A stretch of DNA of 64,000 nucleotides from the human T2T-CHM13v2.0 reference genome, Homo sapiens (GCF_009914755.1 NC_060935.1), one strand, 5' to 3'; counted from the first letter of the stretch, positions 40,723 through 54,292 are shown. Notes: generated from the sequence alone by a model not told the origin. A program made the numbers and translations.

Positions 40723-43700
40723 TTAAGTCAATAATTGGTGTCATCTTGGTGACTCCCACTTTTGTCACTTCCAAGCAATCATTCATTTGAAGCTGCACTT
40801 TCAAGTTTCATATGAATTTCTCCTCTCTTTTCTTTTAACAATTCTAATTAAATTTTTTATAGTACTGAACATGTAGGATGCTTTTCCCCCCCACAAACTG
40901 CTTATCACAGTACATAGATTAGAAGAGTTTCGTTACTTTAGATTAAATGTGGGTTTGCAGTCTGATGCTCTAGGCTCAAGTTCTACTTTCATCTCTGCTT
41001 TTCAAATTATATGAACTTGATTAGAACTCACTTTATCTGTAAATTAATGTCTTCAAACGGATTTGGCAGACTCTCTGGACTTTCAGTAAGTAAATACAGT
41101 TTTCTTAATTGCACTTGTATCATAGTTTGTCTAAATCCACTTGCAATGGAAATGGAAGTTCTTGGACAGAGTCTTAGTGCTGCGTGTTTGCTGCTGGCAC
41201 TTGTACTCTTAAAATAGCATTTTGAGAAACAAACAACAGATGTTATAGAAATAAGAAATTGGATACTTGAGAGCTGAGCTGGTTAATGCCTTTATTGATA
41301 GCAGTGGTAGAAACTTATATTTCTTGTAGGAAAAAGTATGTCAGATTTTCTTTTAAATAAACAAACATTTTCTTATTTAATTCTCATAGTGATATTTTGA
41401 AATGGATGTTAGTATTATTCCCAGTTTACTGAGAAGAAAACCTGCAGCTGACTCCAAATAAAGGATGTAAATTATGAACCTAGCAGCTACTATCACTCTT
41501 CACCTAGAGATAGTTGCACAGAAATTCCTTTAGCTTAATTTGTAATATGCACTCCTGCCTAAACTCTTCTAATGGTACAATCCATCTTCCTCACCCAAAC
41601 TCCACACGTAGCTGCAGATACTGCAAATCTCAGTGTAGAGTTATGGACCAGAGCCCCGGAAGGAAGAACTTTCTTTATTGACAGCTAAGAAACAATTTTT
41701 CTCACTCCTTGTCATTGTGCCCAGATGTACCATAATGTATCTAAAACAGTAGTCCTAAGATTGAGAACCCAACTGGCCAAGAAATCTTTGGGGATGAAGA
41801 AACAGCTTTAAGATAGGCTTCTGTAACTGGCCATTCTCAACCACCTGTGACAGAGAAAATTTTTCATTTCTAGCACCGAAACACATTAGTTCTCTGTCAA
41901 AAACTGCATCAGTCAGAAATCCAATCCTAGTTTTAAATGAAGGTGTCATGTCTCTGCCACCTCAGTATGTCTATAAACAGTGAAACCTGTGTCTGGGTTG
42001 TAACATTTATGATTCATTTGTCCTTTGGTGAATTAAAATGTTTGACATTCCTACATTAGGCTGTAATATGCAGGGGAATGCTAAGTGGATAGTATAAAAC
42101 TCTGTGATTCATGACAGAGAGGAGTGAATGTACCATATTATCTGATCATCGCTTCAGCCAGTTTAGGGCCACTTTCTACATGTCTGGTGTGTAGAGATAA
42201 ACTGTCTTTAACGTCATATCATGAGAGTGGTGATGAATCGTTCTTGGAAATTTTCTGATTGACACATTCTGAAGCTTTACATTCTCCTGCTGTAACATAT
42301 CCAGTGGGGAAGTCTCCCACTAGATAGGCATTATAACACTGTGGTTTTCCAATAGTCAAATACTTACGTTTGCAAAAATAATCTGACTGTAAAGAACAGA
42401 GACTTTATTATTGTTGATAGCACCTTGGTTATCGTCTTAAAAAATCTAAATGCTATTGATTTGGGGGATTAAATTTATGACTGTGTAGCATAATTCTTTA
42501 TAAATGAATCTCTGCCTTTCCCAAGAGTACTAAATACACTAGTTGACAGAAAATCACTTGGTAGGAAAGGGAATGCTTAATATTGCCTTGGGGCATAACT
42601 CAGGTGATCACTTTAATACATACTTTTCATGCTGGAAAGAATTGATAAACAATGTCTGTAAAAGTAAAATATTCTGATGTAACTGAGCCTGGGATCAACA
42701 GAGATAAAAGTTGTGGAAACAGATAAGTCCTGTTGGAGGTTTCCCCTGAGGGATTTTTGTATTACTTTGTGTAAGCGGGGAAAAATGAAGGGATTTTCTG
42801 GATTCTTCATAATCAGATTCAAATCTCCCCTTTGCACAGGTGAGCAGTAAGTAGATATTTGAAAAGCTACTATTGTGGATGGACTTTTGCTCCTGCTGGA
42901 CGTTTTCTAGTTCCAATTACATTGAAATGATGAAAATCAATGTGAAGAGTGATGCATGCTGAAAGGCAGGGGTGAAAAAGGTTCCAGAGTAATAATAATT
43001 TAAAGTAACTTCAGAAGACAACACATCAACTATGAGAGAGATCAATTGAACCTTTTTTTTTAAATTGTACTTGAGCAGTCTCAGTGCTGAGGGTTAGATG
43101 CTCAGACTGTTTAGGCAGAAGGAGAGGATGTGGAGAGGGAAGCACCCTCTGGGGCACATCTGACTGGGAACTGGTATCAGAGAGGCGACACTGGGGACCA
43201 CAATATTTTGATGAGGAAGAACAAGAGCTTCAAACCTTACCCAGCCAGATCTTCTAATGCTACCTGTTCCCTCTCATATGTTAATTGTTTGTGTGTCATA
43301 GTAAGTTAACATGCATCACCTACTTTTGAGAACTTCCTACCTCTTTATTATCCTTCAATCCCCACAGCATACATTAGCCAGATAATAGAGAACTATACAC
43401 ATTTTAATCTATTGTTTGCCTTGAATTTTTTGGAATGATCCTATTAGACCACCAAAAAAGTAATTTATTTTTCTTTCTATCGTCACTTCTTACCTTTTTA
43501 AAAAATGCATGAGAAATTAATAACTGAAAAATTGGTCAAAAGTTATTCTCTCCACTGACATTGCATATCCTACTGTCTTTAGGTTGATAGTAGATAAACT
43601 GTAATTCTTACATACCCCTAAGAATTAATGGTCTCCTATGAGATTTCTAATTTTTCACAGGCTCATTTATTATATGAAAATCATGTGCAAAAAGATAGCT

Positions 43701-44309
43701 TTGTCTTTCCTTTGGAAGCAGCTTCATCTTACAATGGGACCATCCTTTTCTTTCTGCTATGGGCCTCCCTTACTCTATGGGTTTCATCATGTTCTTCTGC
43801 TTTCTGTCTTACCCTGCTCTTTGAATTATGACCAATATTCTTAATAATCCCAATCAATATTTTTTGATGACTCAGTTCTGAACATTCTTAAATGTCAAAG
43901 GCTGCTTTGATCTTAATAGAGCAAATGTTGCTGTTTTAAATTTCTAAATTTGACACTATCAGTTTTACTCTTCTAGCTCTTCTAGGGCATTTAGAGTAGC
44001 TATGACATCACCTCAAACCTCAAAAAGCTTAAAATGGGTGAGTAAAAGGTTGATAAATTCTGTTCATAAATAGTTATGTCAGAACTAAAGAAAAGAAAGA
44101 ACCATTCAAGAAATTTAACAGGGTAAACACATGTCCTGAGGTGGTTTGTATGGGATGGTACTGGAGTAACTATTAATGGCATCCTTATTTACTCTCAGAC
44201 ATGTCTTGATTTGGAAGATTAATTAGTAAGTCTTTTTATATTAATTAAATAACATGACCCAAGAGGTACTTTAAGTTTAGGGCAGTCAGTAACTTTTGAT
44301 AGTAATCTT

Positions 44310-44685
44310 TTTAATTGATTCTTAAAACCTAGGTTTATACAGATAAGAATACAGCTTGTGGAGGTGGACCCATCTAGGTAACTATTGCCAATAACAAGGG
44401 TTAAAATATTATCAGCACTCTAGAAACTCTCTCTTTGCTTTCTCCTAGCCCTGTTTTCTATCAAGGTGACCTCTATCCAAACCTCCAGAGAGTTGGGATC
44501 TTGCAAAATTATGCTGTGTCTCCATCTTTTGCTCAGTATTATATTTGTGATATCCACCTATGTTGTGCATGGAGTTCATTCTCATTGCTGAATAGTATTC
44601 AATTATATAAGTATACCACAGTTTATTTATTCACTTTACAGTTGCTAAACTTTTGCTTGTTATCAATTTAGGAATTGTAATACAG
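44310..44685 (-). mobile_element. L1ME 3' fragment
   Basis: TTCTCATTGCTGAATAGTATTCAATTATATAAGTATACCACAGTTTATTTATTCA. Confidence 0.7.
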
Positions 44686-45853
44686 AAATGGTAAAGAGCT
44701 CACTTTGGAACTAACTGTAATTCTCATAAGTCATTCCAAATATTTTGAGTGTGTACTCTTCTATTTTTGGAAACTGTTTATAGCCCCTGTATGATTATAG
44801 TTGATCTTTAAATATACATTAAAATACATAATGTTGAAGTTTTATAAATTAAGTAATAATTTAGGTAAGTTTTTTGTTATTCGTCATAGCTATATGTATT
44901 TGAAAATAGTCCTGTTTTCTGATGTAAGATATATTCCAACATTCTATGATTTTTTGGTCTGTGCTTGGGACCCATAGCAATACTTGACTTCTGCAATAAC
45001 TCCAACCCCAGTGACTTGTACTCAAGATAATAAGAACTTGATTCAGGGTGATGGCAGAGAGATGAAAAGATTCACTAAGCAATACTTTAAAATATCAACA
45101 TAGTTTGGCAATAAATTAGATATTATGGGTGAATATACATAGATCACCTTAATAAAATGTCTTATTCACAGTCTCCTCTAATGGAGAAACCCAACATTCT
45201 TGGAATATGATCCAAGGAAAACACATCGATAAAATAACAAAGTCAAATTTTCATTATCTTGCTTTATATAAAAAATACCATATTTCAACATAGACAGACA
45301 TCCGATTGATTGTTAAAGCCAGATTTATAAGCTGGCATATTAATAATTTAAAAGATAATCCTCTTATAAAGTCAGAAAAGAAAGATTTCTTAATTTGATT
45401 TATTTTTAGTTATGAACACTAATGCTTAGAACCTTGTAAAATTGATAGAGCCTGGAGGGGATGAATCGAGTTCTTTTTAGTTTGTTGTGAATCATTTGTG
45501 GGTGTACAAACCTCTTTTCACTGATTTGCATCCAAGAGACATTGGCTATAGTTTAGATTTTATCTTGAATCTTAGGCAGAATAAAATAGTGTGAAGTCAG
45601 ACATGAGTCAAAGAACCGCTACTTGAAGAACTGGGTTACTATGGATATTATTTAACTCCTCAGAGTCTTAGTTTCTTCCCAGAAATGGAGCATCATGGAA
45701 TTAATAATATATAATATTTAGAAAAAATGCATAGCAAAACAGGGTGGGACTATATTAAGGCAAAAAAATATCTAATTAGAAGGTCAAAGGATAAACCAAA
45801 TCTAAGAGCATAAGAAATTGCAGACATTGTTCATGAAGGGAGTGAGGGAGGTG

Positions 45854-46219
45854 CAGTCATACATTGCTTAAGGACAGGGATACCTTTGGAGAAATACCTC
45901 ATTAGATGATTTTGTTGTGCAAACATCACAGAATGTACTTACACAAATCCAGATAGTATAACCTACTACACATCTAGGCTATGTAGTATAGCCTATTGCT
46001 CCTAGGCTACAAACCTCCCAGCATTTTGCTGTACTGAATACAGTAGACAGATGTAGCATAATGGGAATTATTTGTGTGTCTGAATATATCTAAACATAGA
46101 AAAGGTAAAAATATATCTAAACATAGAAAAGGTAAAAATATGATATTATAATCTTATGGGACCACTGTTGTATATGCAGTCTGTAGTTGACTGGAATGCT
46201 ATTATACGGCTCATAACTG
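45854..46219 (+). mobile_element. Tigger3a/MER7-like MITE
   Basis: CAGTCAT..ACAGGGATAC..CAAACATCACAGAATGTACTTACACAAA..GCCTATTGCTCCTAGGCTACAAACC..AATCTTATGGGACCAC..CATAACTG followed by TA. Confidence 0.85.
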
Positions 46220-47119
46220 TAGATGGGCTACACTGTACCCCAGGAAAGGATCTTAGTGTCTGCTCTAGTCCAATGCCCCGAGTTCTGTGTCTCCACATGA
46301 CACCCAATTCCATACCCCCAACATCAATTTAGTAGGGGAGATAAGGCCAGTAAATTTTGGCATTAGATGTGAGTTGTCTTGACTGTGGACTACTGTAAAA
46401 CCTACTTCTGCAGCCAAGCAGAAGGATATTTCTAAATAAAAAATATTACCTTTAATGTCTTATTTCTTTGTATGTTGTTTTGATAACTGAAAAGGACAAG
46501 CACACATATTTCTTGAAGGATTTGTATATAATATACATGGTTGTCATGAAGGTTAATAATTGAAATGTTTGTATATAAGGTCCTTATTATGGTGCTTGGT
46601 ACAGAGTCGGAATTCACTGGTACTAGCTTTCCTTGCATTGGTGTGGCTATATCTCAAGATTCATTTAGGTCTCAAATGTCATGATATTATGTATTATCAT
46701 ATAATTAGTGGCTAAGAATTGCAACTGAGTATAATGGAAATTTTCAAAGAGGAATTTTTCTCCATTTCAGTTCTTATGAGCATAGTTGGTCCAACTTACA
46801 GAGTAAAATTAATATAGTGTAATAAAAAAGCAATAGGTAAAACAGCTGGATATTATTCAAAATTAGAGAGAACTGTCAGATTACAAGAAAGAAAATAGAT
46901 GAAAAGAAAAAGGAAAAAATAAGTGAGAAGAACTCCCATTTTACATCCATGCAGTTGATAGCAATTAGGTAATAAGATCTATGAGTTAGACTATATTGGT
47001 TATGGTTCTTTTCCAGCATAGCCCATTGCTTTTATTCATATAGGATATTTATAAGACTTATTTTACTGTGATTGTGCACCTATCCATTAGGTTAAAATTC
47101 CTTTGATAAAATTGTCTAA

Positions 47120-47790
47120 TTCATGTATTTGGTCTGCTAATATATTTCAGTTTATACTATATGCAAGATGTTGTTTTACACCCTGGAGATACAGTAATAA
47201 ACAAAGATACAAAGCCCCTGTCATAGAAAAACATAATGCGGTAGGAAAGGATCTTATATTCTAGTGTCAAAATACCAAAAATAAATAAATAGGCATATAT
47301 AAAGAGGTAAAAAGATCCATCAAGAAAAATAAAACAGTCTAAAGGAGATAAAAATAATAAAGTATAATTTTATAGATGTTTGTCAGAGAACATCCATGTG
47401 ATAAATTAATATTTGAGCACAGACCAAATTAGAGACAAAAGTAGGGAACCATGCAGATATTTTGGTTAACATTGTTTAAGGCAGAGGAAAGAGCAAATAC
47501 AAAGGTATCAGCAACCTCGGTATGTTTGAGGGTTGTCAGGGAAAGGATGTTTATGAATCAGAGGGAGCAAGGGAAAGATGAAAGAGATGAAGTCAGAGGT
47601 TAAAATAAGGTGTGTTATGGTGCAATATAATAAGGATATTGGATTCTGCTTTATGATAAGGTTGAAAGCCATTGAACATGGAGAGAGGTTGTCAATTATT
47701 TTTAAAGAATAACTGGCTGCTGTTTGGAAGATAGAGTATAAGAGGGAAAAGATATAAATTGGGATCAAATAAAGAATTCACTGAAGGAAA
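47120..47790 (-). mobile_element. L2
   Basis: CTGGAGATACAGTAATAAACAAAG..TTTGAGCACAGACC..GGCAGAGGAAAGAGCAAATACAAAGG..CTGGCTGCTGTTTGGAAGATAGA. Confidence 0.7.
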
Positions 47791-48345
47791 AAACTTTTTC
47801 TTCAAGTTATCAAGCCAAGAGACTGAGTTTTTCCCAATGCTTAGTGAGATTCCTTAAAGGTTATCTTTTCTTTCTAAATATATATTTAATAAATAGTTAA
47901 ACCAGAGACATGAATACACTGAAAGAAGTTTATGTTTTTAGTTATATTTCATTTTATTTAAAAATGATGATCAATTCGTTTGTGAATTAAAAATGATGTA
48001 TCTAGTCTTGTGGAGAAAACCTCATTGATTAAAATGTTTAAATCTTTCATTTGATTAAGGCTTTTGATTATTTGTCTTGGTATTATTTTGTGAAGAGAGT
48101 TCAAGAAACATCAATTGAGGTGCCTTTTAAGTAAAAGGCAATGTGATAGAAGATGGGGATTAAAAAGATAAATATCACACATTCCCTGGAGAAGTTTATA
48201 ATCAGCTTGAAGTTCAATAAATCTTTCTTGGAGATGCTGACACCTGAATGGAGTCTCAAAGTTTGAGCAGAAGTTATCCAATTAAATAGTAGGAGGACAA
48301 GAACTCAAGGTAGAGATAAAAGTAGGAACAAAAGTATGAAGATAC

Positions 48346-48637
48346 GGCTGGGCTCAGTGGCTCACACCTGTAATCCTAGCACTTTAGGAGGCCGAGGCAG
48401 ATAGATCACTTGAAACAGTCTGGGCAACATGGTGAAACCTCACCTCAACAAAAATTAGCTGATGTGTTGGTGGGCGCCGGTAGTCCTAGCTGCCCCAAAG
48501 GCTGAGGTGGGAAGATCACCTAAGCCCAGGAGGTCAAGGCTGCGGTGAGCCATGATCACACCACTGTGATCAGGCATGGGTGACAGAGTGAGACTCCAGC
48601 ATGGGTGACAATGCGAGACTCTGTTTCAGAAAAAAAA
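48346..48637 (+). mobile_element. AluJ with B-box deletion and 3' rearrangement
   Basis: GGCTGGGCTCAGTGGCTCACACCTGTAATCC..GATCACCTAAGCCCAGGAGGTCAAGGCTGC; flanks AAAAGTATGAAGATA and AAAAGTGTGTGAAGATA. Confidence 0.88.
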
Positions 48638-48856
48638 GTGTGTGAAGATATGAATACACAAAAAGAATAAGCACTTAGTATATTATTAGAGCATAAAGTG
48701 AAAGCACTGAGCATGAGATGAAGATGAGTGGAGGATAACTTATAAAAGTCCTTATTTTACCGTGTAAAATTATTGGACCATAGTTCAAGAATGGTAAGCA
48801 AACTATGGGAGGATTTATTTAGGCATGTGACATAGTCAAAATTTTGTTTTAGATAT

Positions 48857-49209
48857 TGTATCAGTAATGGTAGGCTTTTAAGTTGAGATAACAAATTAAC
48901 CTACAAATCTTCAATTTGGCTGGAAGAAGTAGGGTCTTCAGACCTAAATATTCACTCAAACCCTGGCTAACCGGTTTGCACCATCTTTTTGGTGGATGAT
49001 GCAGGGGAATAGAGAACGGAAAGTCACATACAGACTTTTCATTACCTCCACCTGTAAATAATTGCTTCCCTACAAAAACCATTGCTCAAAGAAGTCATAT
49101 GGTCCTACTTAAGTGTAAGAGATCTGAAAAGGTTGAAGTTTTTCTACATGCAAAAAGAGACAAGACCTCGAAATATTGGTGAGCAGTAGTAATTTCTGTT
49201 GCTGTCACA
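48857..49209 (-). mobile_element. Old MLT1 (J/K-like) LTR
   Basis: TGTATCAG..ATAACAAA..AAGTCATATGG..GAAATATTGGTGAGCAG..TCACA. Confidence 0.45.
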
Positions 49210-50399
49210 CCTCTCTGGGGGCCTTGGGGAGTATGGGTTTGAGTGGTACAGTACAGTACAAAGAAGGTATCTAAATTAACTAGGTAAAATATGATGAATG
49301 TATTGACCAGTTTGTAAAGATGTAGGTGGGACCAAGAAAGGAGAAATGATGTGATAAATATTTGGGAATTAAAATTATTGGAACTTGATGATTAATTTAT
49401 TGAAATGTGAGTTGAGGCAATAATTAAGAGAATATAGGACTACCCTTGGATTTCTGAAATGGGCAGTTGGATAGATGATAGTACAATTAATCAGAGTAGA
49501 ATAGAATACCGGGAAAACAGGATGTTTCACTGGTAGAATAAAAAATATGATTAATTTTTGAATTTGTTGATTTTAAGGTTCAGTAAGAAGTGCATAAATA
49601 CAAAACAAGAATATAAATATAAAGCTGGGGATATGATTAGTATGAAGAATGTGTAATAAAAAATGACTGGTCAGAAGGCAGGCTCTGAGGGAATTCCCAG
49701 AGTATGCACAAGAGGAGGAATGTATAAACCAACCACTAATGAATGATTAGAAATCTAAAAGGGTCAGTTGATGAGAAGAGTCAAAGAAGCTGGTGTAGAA
49801 GGATTTCAGAAGTGAGTGATAAAATATATCATATAGATGAGGGTCTTTTAATGATAAATTCCAAGTAGAATAGGATCTAAATGTAAAATCAAACCTTAAT
49901 CCCTTGAGCAGAAAATATAAGAGAATGGTTTTCTGATATTGGGGTAAGAAAAGATGTTATAAAGCTTATGCTATAAAAAATTTAAAATTAGACTGCATTA
50001 AAACTTCTATGTAAGGTAATAATTGAAAGGTGTTCATTAGATATGGCAGTGTTCTTACAGGGTCTTTTTGCCAGAAACATTTCAGTGACTTCAACAGAAA
50101 CTAGAGGAAACCAGAGTCAAGGAAGTGTTAATTTTTTAAGGGGACACATATGAGCATATTTATAGAGCAAGAGTAAAAGGTCTTCAAAGAGAAGTGATTT
50201 CAGGGTGGACACTTTGAAAACTAATTTAAATTCTAGAACTATTACAAAGTTGGGAGGCATGCACTTTTCTTATTTTTTTTAATCTGTCTTAAAAAAGGCT
50301 TTAGAAACTTTTTAGGTCTTTCTCAAATAATCTGTAGCCTAATCTCAAATCTATAAACTGGAATGATGATTTAAATGAGAGGAACATGGAGACAGAATT

Positions 50400-50840
50400 T
50401 TAGTTTGGGTTTAGAAGCTGATCTCAAGCAATAATTTGAGTGGAAGTAGTTTATTTGGGAGGTAATCCAAGGAATTATTGGGAGAGGAGTGGGAAAATAT
50501 AATGGAGAGGAAATGAACCCCCTAAAGAGGTACATTGTCAAACCAGTTACTACTGTGAGCAGTCGGAGGTTAGCCTCACTGGAGAACTCTGGGAGACAGC
50601 ATAGAAAGAGGCCCAGAGTTATCCTGACCAAGGAGTAAGGAAGCTGGGATATGTATTCACCAAATTCCTGTCCATTATGTATGTAGAGCCTTTTTTTGGG
50701 CATCAACTGTCCAGCACTCTGTGTGTGCCTAGCCTGTATAAAGGCTGAGCGGGAACCTTCAGTCAGAAACATGAGCCTCAGACAGTCATAGGTGACAGTG
50801 ATCCTGTGTAGAGGCAAATCACAGGAGCCAATGGGTAAGG
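50400..50840 (-). mobile_element. ERVL LTR, LTR16C-like
   Basis: TTTGAGTGGAAGTAGTTTATTTGGGAGGTAATCC..CCAGTTACTACTGTG..GAACTCTGGGAGACAG..AGAGTTATCC. Confidence 0.75.
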
Positions 50841-50977
50841 CACTGACACCCTGTGCTGCAGGTGAGTGGGTCAGGAAAAGACCCCAGAAGGGCAGCAGTG
50901 GACCAAGGACAAGTGTACCATTATGTGGTCTTAGGCACATTCCTTGACCTTTCTGGATTAATCCACAAAATCGGTGG

Positions 50978-51383
50978 TGTCTCATTTTACTAAGGCTGCC
51001 ATAAGAAAATACCATGCACTAGGTGGCTTACATAACAGAAACTTATTTTCTCACAATTTTAGAGACTTGAAGTCCAAGGTCAAGGTGTTGTCAGTGTGAG
51101 TTTCCTCTGGTCTCTCTCCTTGTCTTGCAGATCACTGCTCTCTGCTCCTTCTTCACAAAATCATCTCTCTGTGCACGCATTCGCCTGTAGACTGTCTGTA
51201 TGTACAGAGCTCCTCTTCTTATAAGAACTCCAGTCAGACTGGATTAGGGCCCAACCAAGAGCCTCATTTTAAGTTAATTGCCATTTTAAAGGTCCTATCT
51301 CTAAACACATAGTCACATTCTGAAATACTGGGCTTAGGGATTCAACATATGGATTTTGGGGGGACATAATTCAACCCATTACA
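50978..51383 (-). mobile_element. MLT1B MaLR LTR
   Basis: GGCTGCCATAA..AAGTCCAAGGTCAAGGTG..CTCTTCTTATAAG..GGATTAGGGCCC..GGGGGGACATAATTCAACCCATTACA. Confidence 0.85.
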
Positions 51384-52719
51384 AATGAGTAAGCTTCATG
51401 GTATATTGTAATAACCTGTTTACAGTTACATTACAATAACCTTCAATATATTGTAATAATCTGTTTTGCTTTTCTTAAGCTCATTTTTCATAGCCTTACA
51501 ATAAACTTTTGACAATTTTTGTCTCTAGACGTCTTCTCCCAAATGTTGTTTTCTTCTGAATGTGATTTAATCTTCTTTTTTCTATGCCACACTTACCTCT
51601 TAAATCTACAATTTCATTTGATCTCCTCAGTAAGAGATATGCACTATTACCTTGTGATATTCATCAAACGCACCCCTCACCGTCAAGTGACAGGCTTTCA
51701 TCATCCTGGAATTAGAAGTCTGTGTTCTGATTTAAGGAGAGGAAGGCATGTTAAACTGTTTGAATGGTTGGGAAAAAAAAATGACTCAGCAGTTGAATTC
51801 TTAGCTGCTTAGAGACTGTTCAGCTTCTTATAAACCTTGGCTGAAAATAACGGTAAATCCTGCCTCTAAGCTTGATTCCTGTATACGTTCAGCTGCCTTA
51901 GAGGGGCAGTGCTGTCTCATGTATCAGACAAGAAACTGCCAGCCAGGAGATTTGGAATTCTAACTCTTCTGGAAGCCTGAAGCAAATCACTTAACTTCTC
52001 CATATCGCAGTATCCACATTAAAAGATGAGGGTAAATAGTGTCTATCTTGAGGGCATGATAATGACAAATCAAAATATAATGTATGAAAAGTTTGAATAC
52101 TTAGGTATTTTGGTAAGAAAAGCATACTATTATATAATGACTTTTCAGTTAATGTCCTGGTAATTTTTATCTGCCCAAAGTTTCAATTTTTAAAGTTGGG
52201 CTGTGTCCTCCATGACAGTTGCTCTGGCTCTGAGTATGGTATCCAGAAACCTGAGAAGGAGAAGGAAGAAATATTCAACGTAGTCAGAGAATTTCTAGGT
52301 AGAACAAGCATAATCTGTAGATTGAATAGACACGCTTTTCTTTCACATACACCCATATACACATATACTTTTTCAAATATATGTAGATACCATTGAGCTA
52401 TTAATAAATAAAACTTTAAAAAGGAGTTACTACATTAATAATAAAAGTTATTATGTATCATTCAATTAGTGTCAGAGAAAACCACAACTATTAGGATCAG
52501 TCAAATTTTGTTGATATTAAGAAGGAACATTTATATATGAGAATCATCTTTCTAAAATTTAATTTTTACTTTGGAAACTAATCACGACCATGTGAAATAT
52601 CTGTTTGTTGTTGTTGTTGTTGTTTGTTTAGCAAGCCACTAACTGAAAATAGGCTAGAATTATGATTATTTCCAAAAGGTTTAATGGTCACAATAATCTA
52701 TCAACCTCTTTCAAATTCT

Positions 52720-52855
52720 TATCACATCTCAGACTCTGCTAGGAGAGCTTTTCCAAACTAGAGATTACCCTGCCCTGCCTCCAGAGATTATGGCTTAATA
52801 AGTATAGCATCCTGAGTCATTCTGATGTGTCCTTAGTTTTGGTATCCACTGTGGT
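52720..52855. mobile_element. MER5A-like
   Basis: CCCTGCCTCCAGAGATT..GTCATTCTGATGTG..TATCCACTG. Confidence 0.4.
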
Positions 52856-53025
52856 AGACTGCTTGCTTATCAACATATCAGTAAGTATTCAGTATCTGTC
52901 GGAAGCCAAATGGTTTGCAAAGAAGACTTACTTTTTTTCCTAAAGAAGCTTATATACTCCTTAGTGAAATAAAATGTGTTTTGGTTTAATTTTGCTTGTT
53001 ATTTTGAACAAATACTTATTCAATA

Positions 53026-53239
53026 CAGTTCAAATATCTCTTATCCAAAATGCTCTAAAGGCTTTGTATTTTGGGTTTTTTTCAGATTTTGGAATATTTG
53101 CATTGTACTTACTGGTGAGTATCCCTAATCAAAACAATCACAAATCTGAAATTCTCCAATGAGCATTTTTTTTTAAATGTCGTGTTCATGCTTCAAAAGT
53201 TTTGGATTTCAGATTTTTGGAGTAGGGACACTCAACTTG
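53026..53239. mobile_element. Tigger4a/MER46-like MITE, TA-flanked
   Basis: TA|CAG..CTTATCCAAAATGCT..TTCAGATTTTGGAATATTTGCA..CTCCAATGAGCATTT..AGGGACACTCAACTTG|TA. Confidence 0.8.
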
Positions 53240-53796
53240 TACCTTCTAATGGTAAGGCATTATTATGCACTACAGAAACTAAAGAGGTACTAATTCATGC
53301 TTTTGGCATAAATGAGGCTGCAGGCATGTTCCAAAAAATTTAATCAAGCCAGAGTTGAAGGTGTGAGGTACAAATGCTGAGTATGAGTAACAATTTTTAT
53401 ATCTAATCAGCTATATTCTCCTCCAAGAGCACAGGCTGCTACCTATTATAAATAATCTTGGGAAGGCAGAAGAAAGGAAGTCCTTTTGCAATGAACCAAG
53501 TTAGGCTGAATGTGAATAACTTGGATGGGGTCAAGTGTAAGAAGAATGGTTTTTGATTTACAAAGGGGCAGTAGAGCAAGACTACCATTCTTGATAAAAA
53601 TAACTAGTTTTAGCATGATTATTGTCTGTGTTTGGATGTTTAGGGTGTTAGGGCTGAATACACTGCTAGTTAACTAAATGTTCTCTATGGTAATCTGTGA
53701 ATGGAAATTTTACCAGAATTTTTTCAAAAGATGGGTTTTGCAATGGCAATCTGGTTTGAAGGACAGGGTTTATCTTACAGCTATTCTTAACAACTC

Positions 53797-54292
53797 TGAT
53801 GGGCCTGAAATGAATTGTACTTGCAGGCTAACAAGTTAACCTACTCTTTCATGGACACTGAAAGAAGCAACAAAACACTTGGTGTAAGACGGGGCTTTAT
53901 TGCTCACGGTGCAGTAAGCCACATGAAATACATGTTTGTATCATTTCTCCTTGTCTCTCAATGCCATGAAGGTGATGGGAAAGGGACAGGGAAGATGCTG
54001 CACATGTGGTTGGTTTCATTACAGTTAAAGAAACTCAAGTTTAGGGAACTCAGATATTTTATAATAGATTTCAAGAAAACCAGCTCTTTGTCTCAAAGGG
54101 GGACATTATATTTATTATATTGGGCAGTAAAAAATCTTACTCTTTGTTTTGCAGGAAGACACTGTGTCGATCTTTATAACTGTTCACTACACAAACAGCC
54201 TTGGAAAGATAGTTTGGAGCAAAGATTGGCAGTGCCCTTACTCACAAGAAGTGTATAAACATGGAAAACCCATGGAGAATTGACTTCAAATA
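53797..54292 (-). mobile_element. ERVL LTR (MER54/MER73/MER74 group)
   Basis: TTGCAGGCTAACAAGTTA..CTTTATTGCTCAC..TTTAGGGAAC..CCTTGGAAAGATAGT..CCCATGGAGAATTG; exact subfamily uncertain. Confidence 0.55.

Larger units (their letters stand above)
48130..49820 (-). mobile_element. L2 pieces interrupted by AluJ and MLT1
   Basis: TTCTTGGAGATGCTGACACCTGAATGGAGTCT..GGAACTTGATGATTAATT..GGATTTCTGAAATGGGCAGTTGGATAGATGATAG. Confidence 0.55.

Noticed and set aside
42690-42850. Possible + strand exon ending CAG|GTGAGC at ~42839
   Set aside because: No convincing acceptor or recognisable reading frame; the same AG could equally be an acceptor.
50371-51015. Longest ORF in the track (214 aa, minus strand)
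   Set aside because: Runs through LTR16C-like and MLT1B sequence, has no recognisable domain, and is best explained as a chance ORF.
53815-54258. 147-aa ORF
   Set aside because: Lies wholly within an ERVL-type LTR and has a non-ATG start.
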